Shown in pieces: positions 9,768 to 20,369 of a stretch of DNA of 64,000 nt. This DNA is from Savitreella phatthalungensis. Its lineage: Eukaryota. The notes beneath the pieces were generated by a model. The model searched no databases. It had not been told where the DNA came from and saw nothing but the letters and a program-made list of their open reading frames with translations. The stretch spans positions 496,001-560,000 of the forward strand of contig AP039691.1 of NCBI GenBank assembly GCA_051599415.1, in the 5' to 3' direction. Numbering within the stretch: position 1 is the first letter of the stretch; each line of letters starts with the position of its first letter. The position numbers and the translations under genes were made by a program.

Positions 9768-9839
9768 TGGAGATGAAGGGAATCGAACCCTTGGCCTGAT
9801 GCACGCTAAGCAGCCGCTCTACCACTGAGCTACATCCCC
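9768..9839 (-). tRNA. tRNA-Ala (anticodon AGC), intronless
   Basis: GGGGATGTAGCTCAGTGGTAGAGCGGCTGCTT-AGC-GTGCATCAGGCCAAGGGTTCGATTCCCTTCATCTCCA, 72 nt, with the G3:U70 alanine identity pair and a T10 terminator just downstream. Confidence 0.93.
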
Positions 9840-10227
9840 AGACATTTCGAGTCTAGAGACTGCTGATGCTGGAAGCTCAAAGCCACAACATATATTCTCC
9901 TTTAACAATCACGTCTGAGTGAGACATCCTCCCTCGTCTTAAGCACCTCTTGGCAACAAGCAAGCAATAATGCTGGAAGTCGCCCGGCCGATTGTTTCCA
10001 GTGTAGTCGGTGATCAACGTTTCCGATCACTTCACTGCTACCATTACTTTCTCCAGGCAGCAACCCATAGTCAAGGTATCTGATACTCGTGCATGATGAT
10101 TGGGATGTCATTCACATCGAGGTGAGAAAGGTGCTATAGTTGGGCTGGAACGTCAAGATAAGTGTTGCAGCTAAGATACAGTATGCGAGTAGTTTTGGTG
10201 TGCTGTGAGTAAAAGATGCAAACGGCC

Positions 10228-10941
10228 TCAGAGTGGGCCAAGGTAGTCCTCCTTCATCGTGCCGATGGCGAACTATTGAGAAGTCAGCAACATGCTACTG
10301 ACGATAAGCGCATGGCAGAAGCGCGGGACAAGAACACACAATCTCTGTAGCATCGACACGAGTACCAACAAGCCGTAGCCGGACTCTAGAGCCCTTGTCG
10401 ACGGTCATGTCGTCTCCCGACCAATTTGGTGGGTTCGAGGCCGGGTCGAACTTGAGTTCTGCTGGCATGAGCTGTATCGCGAGAGTTAGCAATGCTTTCA
10501 GAACAACACAGACCTCGGTGGGCCCACGGCGTGACACACCCGCTGTGATACAAAGACCGATAGTGGTCCGGCATCTGCGAAGAATCCCATCTTGTTGATC
10601 ACTGACACGATAGCGTCCACAACTTCGCCCTGGAATAGAGTTAGTCGAGCGTTCGATCTTAGCAGCGAGCGAGACCGAGGCGAGTAACTTACCTTGAACG
10701 GCTTCCACACGAGAGCTTCGTATCGGACGATGAACTCTGCCATGCCCTGGCCCGGGATAATTTTCCCAGGAGGGATATGCAGAGAGTCGGCGTCGGTGAC
10801 GCAGATGATATACCCGTACTCGCCATCGCATTTGCCCTCGACGTCTGCTAGCAGCTTTTGTCTGATGAACTGGCGGATATTCGGACCGAAGAAGCTCGGG
10901 TGGAGCTTGATCGTGTGATCCAGCTTTACGACGAAGAACAT
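10228..10941 (-). CDS. RPB7: RNA polymerase II subunit Rpb7, 4 exons
   Basis: Exons 10693-10941, 10540-10629, 10340-10471 and 10228-10272 join to 171 aa, MFFVVKLDHTIKLHPSFFGP...FAIGTMKEDYLGPL. Donors are GTAAGT, GTGTGT and GTGTGT, with CTAAC/CTGAC branch sites. Confidence 0.95.
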
Positions 10942-11513
10942 CTTGGATTGACAGGCCAGCTGACTTCTATGGCTGCTCTTGCTGTATCAGCTGTCCCAGC
11001 AACCTTCCTCAGGCCGCGAAAAAGCGACTCTGTGAAAGGTACGGGCGGGAAGCTCAGGCGTGCTACTGCCTCTTCACCGCTCCTGCAAGCAACGGAGCTC
11101 GCGACTACTTCCCTTCAGCCTTTCTCTTCTCCCGTTATTTGTACGTTCCCTGATAATCTCTACCGACAAGCACTCGATGTCGTTCTCCTTACTCCTCTAT
11201 TAGCTGCAGCCTTCCCCGTGATGCGCACACCTTTCACCGCTTCTCGAACGTCTCGTCTCGTTCCCTTCACTCGATCGATCGCTTTCACAGTCGCTCTGTC
11301 ACTTGCTTTTACTCGGCCCTGGGTACAATACAATTCATGGAATATGCGCGCGTGTTTTTTTAAAGGTCGTTATTTCTAATTTCGTCGCTACGTTCGTGCA
11401 CCCGGGTGCGTCTGTGATTTTTTGGTCTATCGTTAGAGCGTGTGGTAACAGTTTAAAAGCTCTTCCAGAGAGTTTAAGCCCACCCGAATGACGATTCGGC
11501 ATGGTAGAAGTAC

Positions 11514-13016
11514 TCATGAATCGAACAGCGGTCCAAAGCACGGGATGCCTCTCTCCCTGCAGCCACGAGTGATGATCTCTGTGCCTTTCGGATTGCTCGT
11601 GCAGAAGACCGCCTGCGAGTTGCTGCGCCTGTAAGTCTCGTCGATGAGCTGGACCGTGTCAGGTCGGCCAGACAATTTGGTGTCAATGATGGTCAGGCGA
11701 TCGGCAGGGGCAGCACGACGGACGATCGTCAAAAGCTCATGACCATAAGTTTTCTCGAGGTCACTGCCGATCCAGATGAGGTGGAAAATGCCTTTAGCCT
11801 GAAGCATGACTGAGAGCGTGACGCCAATGCCTGCACCGGTAGCCACGATGACTGCTCGCTCGTACATCTCAGCGAGATATGGCAGACCTGCAGCCTTGAG
11901 TGATCGAGTCCAGAGGTGCGTCGGTGGGTTAGCGAGCATCTCTCGAGTCCAGTCTCCCTGAGCGACCATGAGCATGTGATGCGTGAAGGCGAGCGGACCG
12001 TCCGAGATGAGACCGAATGCGTGCCACTCAAGCAGCGGTGAGCGCGAGATTCTGCCGATGAGTCCCGTGTAGACGCCGCCTGGGAAGGTCAGAAAAGCGG
12101 TCGAGGCAGTTGCGTCCACTGTCACCGGGATCTTCCGTAGGCCGACCCACGGAGCGATGATGAGCATTGTGAGGATGACGGTGAACCAGAGCTCCTGGCG
12201 GCGCCAAAGGAATGCTTTCTGAGCGGAGAAAGTGCGTGTTTGGAAGTCAAAAGACGCAACCAGCAAGACCAAGCACCAGATCAGAATGATGCCCAGCCAG
12301 CCGACGAATCGATGAACCTGCTCAAATAGGTTGTGGTGACGATGTCTGATCCATGGCATGGCCACGAAGATTGAGATGAAGAGGGCGATTGGAGCGAGGA
12401 CAGCACAGATGAGGACGCCACCAGGGAAGCCTGCATTGAAGGCGATCACGCAGCTATAGATAGCCCAGGCGAGACCTGCCGTGGCGCAGCCTGAATGAAT
12501 GCCACCCACGTGGACGAAGCAGTCAGTGATGGCGTGGCGTAGTCTGACGGGCAGCCAGGAGCACGTCTTGACTGTGAGCCAGTAGCAGAATCGAAGGAAG
12601 AGCTCGTTGCGTGCCAGAACGCAGGCGAGAAGATTACCAAGAGCAATGGCGGTTGCGTTCTTGCGCCCATAGCCAAACTTGTGGTTCGCCGCTGCACCTA
12701 GTGCCGCGATGTTGAGGATGAAGATGACGGCGAAGAAGCGGCGGTACAGCTCGAACCAGATCAGGAGTCGTTCCAGTCGATCAAGCTGGGGCTGTGGTCT
12801 GGGAGAAGGCTTTGCTATTGCTGGCAGAGGCAGTGTACTGATGACCGGGCTCTTCTTTCCAATCGTCGACTCTTCATCAGAAATTTGAGATTCTGCGTAT
12901 GCAGTCACGATTGAGTACCGAGCAGTATCTGGAAATGGGTCGATTGAGATCCTGCGGACGTCTCGCTTCCCAGGCAGGTGGTAGAGTGGAAGCGTTGGGG
13001 TTGTCTGGAGGACCAT
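11514..13016 (-). CDS. TmpA-like integral membrane flavoprotein (ferric-reductase-like TM region plus FNR-like C-terminus)
   Basis: HVGGIHSGCA, HHNLFEQVHRFVGW, EWHAFG, GDWT, ATGAGIG and the C-terminal GIPCFGPLFDS. Likely ATG at 13016. Confidence 0.75.
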   Translation of the reverse strand: MVLQTTPTLPLYHLPGKRDVRRISIDPFPDTARYSIVTAYAESQISDEESTIGKKSPVISTLPLPAIAKPSPRPQPQLDRLERLLIWFELYRRFFAVIFILNIAALGAAANHKFGYGRKNATAIALGNLLACVLARNELFLRFCYWLTVKTCSWLPVRLRHAITDCFVHVGGIHSGCATAGLAWAIYSCVIAFNAGFPGGVLICAVLAPIALFISIFVAMPWIRHRHHNLFEQVHRFVGWLGIILIWCLVLLVASFDFQTRTFSAQKAFLWRRQELWFTVILTMLIIAPWVGLRKIPVTVDATASTAFLTFPGGVYTGLIGRISRSPLLEWHAFGLISDGPLAFTHHMLMVAQGDWTREMLANPPTHLWTRSLKAAGLPYLAEMYERAVIVATGAGIGVTLSVMLQAKGIFHLIWIGSDLEKTYGHELLTIVRRAAPADRLTIIDTKLSGRPDTVQLIDETYRRSNSQAVFCTSNPKGTEIITRGCRERGIPCFGPLFDS

Positions 13017-14484
13017 TGTGTTCGACCATTGTGTGGAGGGCCATGATGCCTTTTTATGAAGGTTGCTCAATCTTCAGCTCAACAAGTCACATACACTGCA
13101 AAGCTCCACGGAAGCCTTGTCACAATCCAGAGGTGACAGACACTAAGGCTGACAGCCGGTCAACCAACTGCTCACGGCTCACTACACATGACGCCTGCTC
13201 TTTGCATGGACTACATAGCCTCCTACACAAAGCCAAGCAGCAGAAGGTGGGTTGGGTAAGACGGTACGATATGATTTGCCATTGTTTCCTCAGATTGATC
13301 TATTTCTAGAAGGAGGTTCCATAGTATGGGATCAAAGCGCATCGGTGGAGCTTCCCGAGACAGAATTTAGAACGGCACATGATGACGGAAAGAACGGGGT
13401 TGAGGGGTGGGCAGATCTAGGATGATGGCATTGAGTATGCGGAAATGGAGCGTAGCACGGCAAGTGGTCGCGATCCCAGCAAGTGGGCTTCCTGACGAAC
13501 GAGTTCACCTGCCTCACCTTGATATAGATCTGATCTTTGACTGGGTTGACTACTCGAAAGGGGAATACTCGTAAAGAGATCTGGGTTACTGACGAAAGCG
13601 CAAAGGTGGAGAGATCTGACAGGGATCTCATAGGATTTTGATGATGAGCGGCACGATGACGGTCTGTTGGGTCGGAGACTGACCTGAAATTGAAAGCTCT
13701 ATCTACATATCTCACGACGGCTGAGTTGCGGATGAAAGAAGAAAATGGATTTGTGAATGGAGATCTGGAGAAGGTTTACTTCACAGAATAAAGCGATGAA
13801 AACAAAGACTGGGTCGTCTGTGCTTTAGGGGAACGGCTGATTGAATGATTGATGTAATCACTCTCGGACGAGGAATTCTCGAAGGATGACAATTTTGGTG
13901 CATCTGACCGGGAAGAGTATGTAGGATTCAGAATGTCACAGTCTTGCTTAAAATGCAATCGTGCATACTCAAATTCTACTTTCTTTAAATTTCAGGTCAA
14001 ATCCTGTTTGTGGCTTTCTTATGAGCCCCGGTCCTGGTCGAGTGGAGACTTGTCCAATTTTGTCTATTCAATTGTAGCTAACAAACAACTTCCTCTCCTG
14101 CCTCCGGGACAAAGACCAGAAATCGACCAAGACGACCATCGCACTAAACTGCTCAGAGTCATTCATCAGATCTGGCTAAACCAAAGAAAGCTGTAGGGCT
14201 TCCAATCACATTCGCACTGAGGATGTTCTTTCTCAGTTTCAGAAATTTCCACACCTGACAGAACAATCGCTCTTTATCCGCACACGTGTCCTTTCAGGTC
14301 AATTGCCCGCAAACCGTCAAGGAGGATGGATCAATGCAGCGGAGAGTCAACTCCACACAAAACATGCAGAGCACCTCATACAAAGACAAAGACCACGACT
14401 ACCGTGATCGTTCATGAAGCTATCTCACTTAACGAAGAAATCCGGCGAAGAAGCCCAGCTCTGGTAAATTGTGTCTGCTGAGAG

Positions 14485-15132
14485 ATGCAGCCCCATCGAG
14501 ATGCACCGCCCCAAGACCGAGCCGTCTTTGTGACAGTCGGATCCACTTCATTTGACGATCTAGTTTCCAGCGTCCTGTCTCGCCACGTTCTTGACGCGCT
14601 CGTCAGCCAAGGATACAATCGTCTCACGATCCAGCACGGCGACACGAATCTAACGTTACCGGCATCTGATCTACACGAATTCATTCCAATCAGCTTGATT
14701 CGATACTCACATGAGTTGCCGCGATTCGTGTCAGAAGGTGAGCTGATCATCTCGCACGCTGGCGCCGGCTCGGTCCTGGATGTTTTGACTGCTGGCCCCG
14801 TCGGAGAGCTGAAAGCCGTGTACACGGCACTGGGTGCTGATGGAAAGCGTGTCCGCGATCGGTCAAGAGAACCTTCCACGCTCGGTCGCCTCCGCCGGAC
14901 GCGGAAACTAATCATCGTCCCAAACAACACCCTCATGGACAATCATCAGGTCGAGTTGGCGCGACAGCTCTCAAAGGACGGGTACTGTCTGACGTGCAGC
15001 ATCGCCGAGCTCGCATCAACAATACAGAATGAATTGGCGGAGTTTAGACCGCGTTCATGGCCAAAGACTGATGGCGCAGCGCTCGATTTGCTTGTCGATG
15101 AGGAATTAGCCAAGGTGCTCAATCGCTCTTGA
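14485..15132 (+). CDS. ALG13: UDP-GlcNAc transferase catalytic subunit Alg13
   Basis: VFVTVGSTSFDDL, ISHAGAGS and VPNNTLMDNHQVELA motifs. Confidence 0.93.
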   Translation: MQPHRDAPPQDRAVFVTVGSTSFDDLVSSVLSRHVLDALVSQGYNRLTIQHGDTNLTLPASDLHEFIPISLIRYSHELPRFVSEGELIISHAGAGSVLDVLTAGPVGELKAVYTALGADGKRVRDRSREPSTLGRLRRTRKLIIVPNNTLMDNHQVELARQLSKDGYCLTCSIAELASTIQNELAEFRPRSWPKTDGAALDLLVDEELAKVLNRS

Positions 15133-15258
15133 CCACCTGAAGCTCTGCGCTAAGACTTTCGATCGATACGCTTGTAATCTACATTTTTATCTCTTAATGT
15201 TGTCATGACTGATGCAATGAAATGCAATACATTACGATACGACATGATTTTCCAAATC

Positions 15259-16050
15259 CTATGCCTTGGCCGTCGTGACCACAGGTGACGCTGTTGCTGC
15301 CGATGTCGCTCCTCCAGCTGCGCCAGCTGTAGTAGCGGCAGCGGCGGCACGCTCCCTGCGAATTCTCTCGACTGGATTCTCTGGAGGCGTCAGGACACCG
15401 GCTAGATAACCGCGCTTCTCGTGCGAGGTGTAGTACTCAATGTCTTTCCGCTTGATCGGCATGGCTGACTTTGGCAGAATTGAGAAGACATGTGGTTTCA
15501 GGTGGGCGCGGAGAGCGAGGGCGTTGCGATACGTGCATGTCACCTTTCCGCCAAGCGCCTCGACCCGCTTGATTGCAGACGCAGACGCCTTCGTCACGTC
15601 CACCGTCACAGGCGTCCTGAAATACCCAGCACCTCGAGCCAGTAACTTCACACCATCCTTCACACCGTGCAGAGCCCTACTGTCAGCCAGCGCTTTGATT
15701 GTAATCGGTTGTGATGGATCCAGTCTACCGAGGTCGATCCACTGCTGGATCCTGTCGAGGTTGATGGGGCTCAGCTCTTCGTGCTCGAAGTTGTTGAAGC
15801 CGCGCTTTGGGAACAATCTGTGGATAGGCGTCTGTCCACCTTCGAATCCGCGAGGTGTTCCGCCTCCCTGCCGAGCCTTCTGACCTTTGTGTCCACGGCC
15901 TGCAGTCTTACCCTTCCCAGACGAAGCTCCTCGTCCGAGCCGCTTCGAGTTGTTGTGTGCGCCCGGTGCAGGCGCTAGACTCTCAAGGACACTCGTTTGT
16001 AGACCTCTGGAGCATGTCGGAATGAATTGTGTACACCGACGGAGCATCAT
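15259..16050 (-). CDS. MRPL10: Mitochondrial ribosomal protein uL15m
   Basis: RLGRGASSGKGKTAGRGHKGQKAR and GFEGGQTP...PKRGF motifs; Arg-rich presequence from ATG 16050. Confidence 0.93.
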   Translation of the reverse strand: MMLRRCTQFIPTCSRGLQTSVLESLAPAPGAHNNSKRLGRGASSGKGKTAGRGHKGQKARQGGGTPRGFEGGQTPIHRLFPKRGFNNFEHEELSPINLDRIQQWIDLGRLDPSQPITIKALADSRALHGVKDGVKLLARGAGYFRTPVTVDVTKASASAIKRVEALGGKVTCTYRNALALRAHLKPHVFSILPKSAMPIKRKDIEYYTSHEKRGYLAGVLTPPENPVERIRRERAAAAATTAGAAGGATSAATASPVVTTAKA

Positions 16051-16346
16051 TGAGTCAAGTGACTGTCCCAACTGGTCTTTCTCGGAGGAGTCTTCAACTG
16101 GAAGTGACAAAGATTGGCTAAACTATTCTTTTGAAGAAGCATCCTTGCACGTGTTGAACTGGACGACTGCCGTAGTTACTCACTTATTCGACCGGATTGA
16201 CTCTGGATGCAGCAATACCGGAATTCGATTCGGTTTCGAGACGCGACTGGCGAATCCAAAGATAGAATTATCTATCCTACGCGGTACAATAACAACAGAC
16301 AATAGGTAATACATTATCATCACACGTCTCCTTCGTCATATTAGTG

Positions 16347-16562
16347 ATGGACAAGGAACAACAGGTACTCGCAGAGTATCGCAGGCTAGTAGAGAACCTG
16401 ACTGCGCTCAACAGCAAGGTGAGCGCGCTGGCAGGAACGCCTGCATCGGATCTGCTAGACGATCTACGCGCAGTCGAGCGCAAAACAGGTCTAGTCTTTA
16501 CACTCTTCAAGTCGAGCGTGTGGGCGATCCTGGCAGACCTACCTGGCGAGAACGAAGAGTGA
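16347..16562 (+). CDS. DAD3: DASH/Dam1 complex subunit Dad3
   Basis: EQQVLAEYRRL...LDDLRAVERKTGLVFTLFKSSVW matches the Dad3 pattern. Confidence 0.85.
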   Translation: MDKEQQVLAEYRRLVENLTALNSKVSALAGTPASDLLDDLRAVERKTGLVFTLFKSSVWAILADLPGENEE

Positions 16563-16573
16563 GCCATCATCCG

Positions 16574-17443
16574 CTACACATCAGCGACCAGCACTCCCTC
16601 GTCATCATCCAGGCTCGCTAGCAAATGAGCAACACGACGAGCCCCATCTATTGTCTGCTCACCTGCACTCACGCGAACGATAGCTGAACGCCCTGCGAAT
16701 GTCACGTCGCCCTCCGTCCCGCACCGGTTGGCGAAAACGAGAGTGAGATCGTGGTCGAGTGCCGGACCCAGCCTCGCGAGCCAGTATGATAACTGATCCC
16801 CATCCGACTGCAGCCAGGCCATCGGGACGACCGCCATCTGTGCTCCGATCTTGACGCAGTGTCGACCGAACTCGAACGCGTCCCACGGTGCTGTGAAGTC
16901 AAATGGATTCAGATCCATGCACTGCGAGGAGAACCACGGTCAGCCCAATGCAATGACGAGGTAGATTGAATGAGACAAGTGACCACTTACAATGCCCAGC
17001 GCCGTGCGTTTGTCATCAATTGTGACATCACCGAACGCGTCTCCGGCAGTTGCCCAGCGCTTGTCAGTGTCGAAGAGGAAGTGTTTGCGATAGATGTGCT
17101 GTAGGCCAGCCTCGTTGACAATGGCTGCGGAGTTGTAGAGCTTCGTTTGGCTGGTGGAGTCTTCGCGCTCGGGGAAGCCGACAACAACGCGAGCTCCCTT
17201 GAATTGATGACTGAGCTCTCGAGCGAGCGAGAGCGACGGCGACGCTGATCCTATCGCATGACGATCTTCGCAGAAAGGTAGAATGTGAGACCGATCGCGG
17301 AAATTGTATCCGGTTACAGCCATCTCCGGCAGCACCAGCAAGTCCAATGATCCATCGATCGACGACACCAACTCTCTGACTCGCCGGACATTCCAACTCA
17401 CATCACCAAGCTTCGATGCCAGCTGTACGCAAGCGACGCGCAT
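16574..17443 (-). CDS. NTA1: Protein N-terminal amidase (nitrilase/CN-hydrolase fold), 2 exons
   Basis: Exons 16991-17443 and 16574-16921, with intron 16922-16990 (GTAAGT...GCTGAC...CAG). Splicing restores LGI|CMDLNP. LPEMAVTGYNF and YRKHFLFDTD supply the catalytic E and K. Confidence 0.9.
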
Positions 17444-17612
17444 GCCCTCGGCCAAGCCAAGCCGCAACCTCGACTGTTTTACTCGGATGACGCTGTCTAC
17501 GTACGTTTCTTTTGAACGATTGTATCATGCAATGAATGTTATACACGGAAGGACTACGTACAGTGGAAGAGATCTTCAACGGCCATCTACGGAATGCCAA
17601 AGTCATGCAGGG

Positions 17613-19040
17613 TCACTCCTGCTTTATAGCAGGTGTCGATTGAGCACCGTTGGATGTCGGGGCTGACGAGGCAGCAGCAGCTGCTGATGCGGCCTTCCGC
17701 CGCTCGGTCTGGCGGCGAACGTAGGCAGCCACTGGCGCTTGTCCTGCGTCTGAGGTGAAGAAGCACTTCTTTGCCGCATTCTCGTACACAAGGACGCCGA
17801 CGTCACGAGCGTACCGGACGGCTTCCTCGTACTCGTTAGCCTGCCTGAAGTCTCTGAAGAGGTACCCATTCGTCGCCTTTAGTCTGTCCTTCTCCAGCTC
17901 CCACAATCTGATCTGGTCGACGACTGTGGGTGGTAGCAGTGGACCTTTACTCGCCCGCCGCATCTGCGGGTGTGCATGTGTCGACAGGTACAGTACAATC
18001 TGGTCAGCAGTGATGCCCGTAGCCAATGCGCGCCGAATGCTTTCCCTCGACAGCACGCCGCACACCATGTTCGGAAATCGAGCTGTCAGCTGGCAGAAGA
18101 GATCGAGCACAGCGATCTGCAGCGGCGAAGAAGTGTACGCGTACAGCTTGTAATTCGTCTCGAGAATGACAAAAGATGAGCTATTAGAGGCAGCAGTGGA
18201 TGACGGCATCATGTCACCATACCCGCTCGTCCCAGGTGCCTCGACAAGTGTCGTTGCTAACCTCGTGGGGAAGAATTTACTCCGGTCATCCTTCCTCTGA
18301 TACACGATCCCAAAATCGCACAGATCAGTGAGCAGAGTCTGTGCTTCGGGCGATAGATCCTCGACCGTGTAGTCCTGGCCGAGTTCAAGGTAGCCGAGCA
18401 TGAACAGTAAGTGAGCAATCTCGACCGGGTCAACCCCCCTATTGTCTGCCACCTCGAGATACTGCAACAGCAACGTCCAGAGCTGTGCGTTGCCATCCTG
18501 CAGAAGGAACTGAAAACCCGCAGATGTTATTCCCGTACCTGGTGCCCATAGTCCTCCTTTCTCGAGCAATCCCACGACCGCTCTACCAGGCATCCGAGCC
18601 TGCTGTGTACCGACCAAGAAGTGCAAGATTGTCTCCCAAGTCTCGGTGGACCAGGTATCCAGGAAAGCTTCGTCAATCTCGCCGTCCCGCGTCGCACAAG
18701 GTACGCCGAACGACCTGTGTGAGCCACCGCCGGTAAGTGCGAGCTGCATGTTCTTCCTGAACGCATCGTTGAGGGTGAATCCATCAGACGTGGTCTTAAC
18801 GATGTTGAGCTGCCGCAGCTTCTCGTACGCTACCGACTGACGATTCCGCCCACCGGGACCAAGCGCCCATGCCTCAAACTCCTCAAGCCTCACAGACTTG
18901 CTGCTGTACAGCATCGTCATCACATACTGCCGCGCCAATGCAGGCAGCAGTCGAAACACCGCCAGACATGTCGCCGGTCGCGAATAAAGTCGAGCAGTGG
19001 TGGTTGGAGGCAGCTGCTCGAGGTACTCGTTGATGTTCAT
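17613..19040 (-). CDS. TFB2: TFIIH subunit Tfb2/p52
   Basis: ITSAGFQFLLQ, FFPTRLA, ILETNYKLYAYT and PPTVVDQIRLWELE motifs. Confidence 0.95.
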   Translation of the reverse strand: MNINEYLEQLPPTTTARLYSRPATCLAVFRLLPALARQYVMTMLYSSKSVRLEEFEAWALGPGGRNRQSVAYEKLRQLNIVKTTSDGFTLNDAFRKNMQLALTGGGSHRSFGVPCATRDGEIDEAFLDTWSTETWETILHFLVGTQQARMPGRAVVGLLEKGGLWAPGTGITSAGFQFLLQDGNAQLWTLLLQYLEVADNRGVDPVEIAHLLFMLGYLELGQDYTVEDLSPEAQTLLTDLCDFGIVYQRKDDRSKFFPTRLATTLVEAPGTSGYGDMMPSSTAASNSSSFVILETNYKLYAYTSSPLQIAVLDLFCQLTARFPNMVCGVLSRESIRRALATGITADQIVLYLSTHAHPQMRRASKGPLLPPTVVDQIRLWELEKDRLKATNGYLFRDFRQANEYEEAVRYARDVGVLVYENAAKKCFFTSDAGQAPVAAYVRRQTERRKAASAAAAASSAPTSNGAQSTPAIKQE

Positions 19041-19329
19041 GCGTGACGTGCCAGGTCAGCAGATGTACCCTGTCAATCGCACTGGAGCAGCGTGCACGAT
19101 TGTAGCCCACTCTGTGGTTGTCTGTGTCAGTGTCTCTGTCGTCATTTCTACCATCCTGCTTTCACGTGTAAACTACACATCTCCGCGTGAACACCTCAGA
19201 ATACCACATGCAGTATACACAGTACAGTAAAGTTGACACATTGTCATCGGGCCGCAGTCTATTTGATCCAACCTTGGCTCGACGGTACACATGCCGGACA
19301 TGGTCATGGATTGTATGCAAGCTAGATGT

Positions 19330-20169
19330 CTACTCTGGCAATTCCATACGAGGTCGCGGTGTTGTCGTTGAAGTGGTTGTGGAGGAATCGGTTTTGCGTT
19401 TCCGTCTGTCGAGGAGAAAGTTCTGAATGACTGACAGTGACGCGGACGAAGCCCAGTATAGACAGACAGCAGCTGGCATCTGAGCTGCAATGTAGATCAT
19501 CCCAACAGAAACCACGCGCATCGTGTTCTCAATCACAGAAGTTAGTCGAGTGCTGGTGCTCTTTCTGCCTGCCGCGCCTACCTCGATGTTGACCAGGTTG
19601 AGGATTCCGATACACACCGGTAGAGCTATTAGAGGGTCTGTCGCTGTCAAGTCAGGTATGTGAGCAAAGCCTTCACTCGCAAAGCCTGCCTCGACTTGAT
19701 CACCTCCTAGTCCAAACACCGGCGCGCCCGCCATGCTTCTCAGGGTGAATGAGAGTGTCAGCCAAATGGGAAGTTTCGCTAGCGGTAGGGCCAGGGCTCT
19801 CAGCACTCCTACGCCATGACGAGCACGTAGTTCGCGTCTGTATAGAGCCACACGCTTATTAGTCTCCCTCTCGAATGCAGCCACGCCTAGTTCCGGTTCC
19901 TCCCGTCTCACCTGGCGAGCTATTGCAGGAGCTTCAGCATCAACCAGTGGCTGCAGCTCAACTAGCCTCTGCTGCTGACGGCGAGACTTAATTGCGAGGG
20001 GAAGTGTTCCCGCAGAGACGATTGCTGTTGCGAGTGGGATCACGAGTGACCACGATGTACCTGTAATGTCGTGTAGCGAGCAAAGGACGTCTCTCGAGGC
20101 ATCAATGACGGAATAATACCTCACACGAGATTTATGTACAAGTCTCAAGCCTTGTGAAGCGGCATACAT
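19330..20169 (-). CDS. COX18: Mitochondrial inner-membrane insertase Cox18 (Oxa1/YidC family)
   Basis: LHDITGTSWSLVIP, LPIWLTLSFTLRSM, DLTATDP and PAAVCLYWASS motifs; short C-terminal tail unlike Oxa1. Confidence 0.85.
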   Translation of the reverse strand: MYAASQGLRLVHKSRVRYYSVIDASRDVLCSLHDITGTSWSLVIPLATAIVSAGTLPLAIKSRRQQQRLVELQPLVDAEAPAIARQVRREEPELGVAAFERETNKRVALYRRELRARHGVGVLRALALPLAKLPIWLTLSFTLRSMAGAPVFGLGGDQVEAGFASEGFAHIPDLTATDPLIALPVCIGILNLVNIEVGAAGRKSTSTRLTSVIENTMRVVSVGMIYIAAQMPAAVCLYWASSASLSVIQNFLLDRRKRKTDSSTTTSTTTPRPRMELPE

Positions 20170-20369
20170 CCATATACTGGCCTTTCCTGAAGCCGTATGG
20201 ATGTCTTGTGCTTATGCTTGCCAGGGTTTATGAGTGTGTGAGCAGTCCCAAAGTGAGCGAGTGTTTAGATTTGTGGAGCAAACAATGACGACAATGAAAT
20301 GAAATCTTGATTGTCCCATAGACGCGATTCTGTTGACGCGCCAGGACAAGACGAAGACGGCATAGAAGA

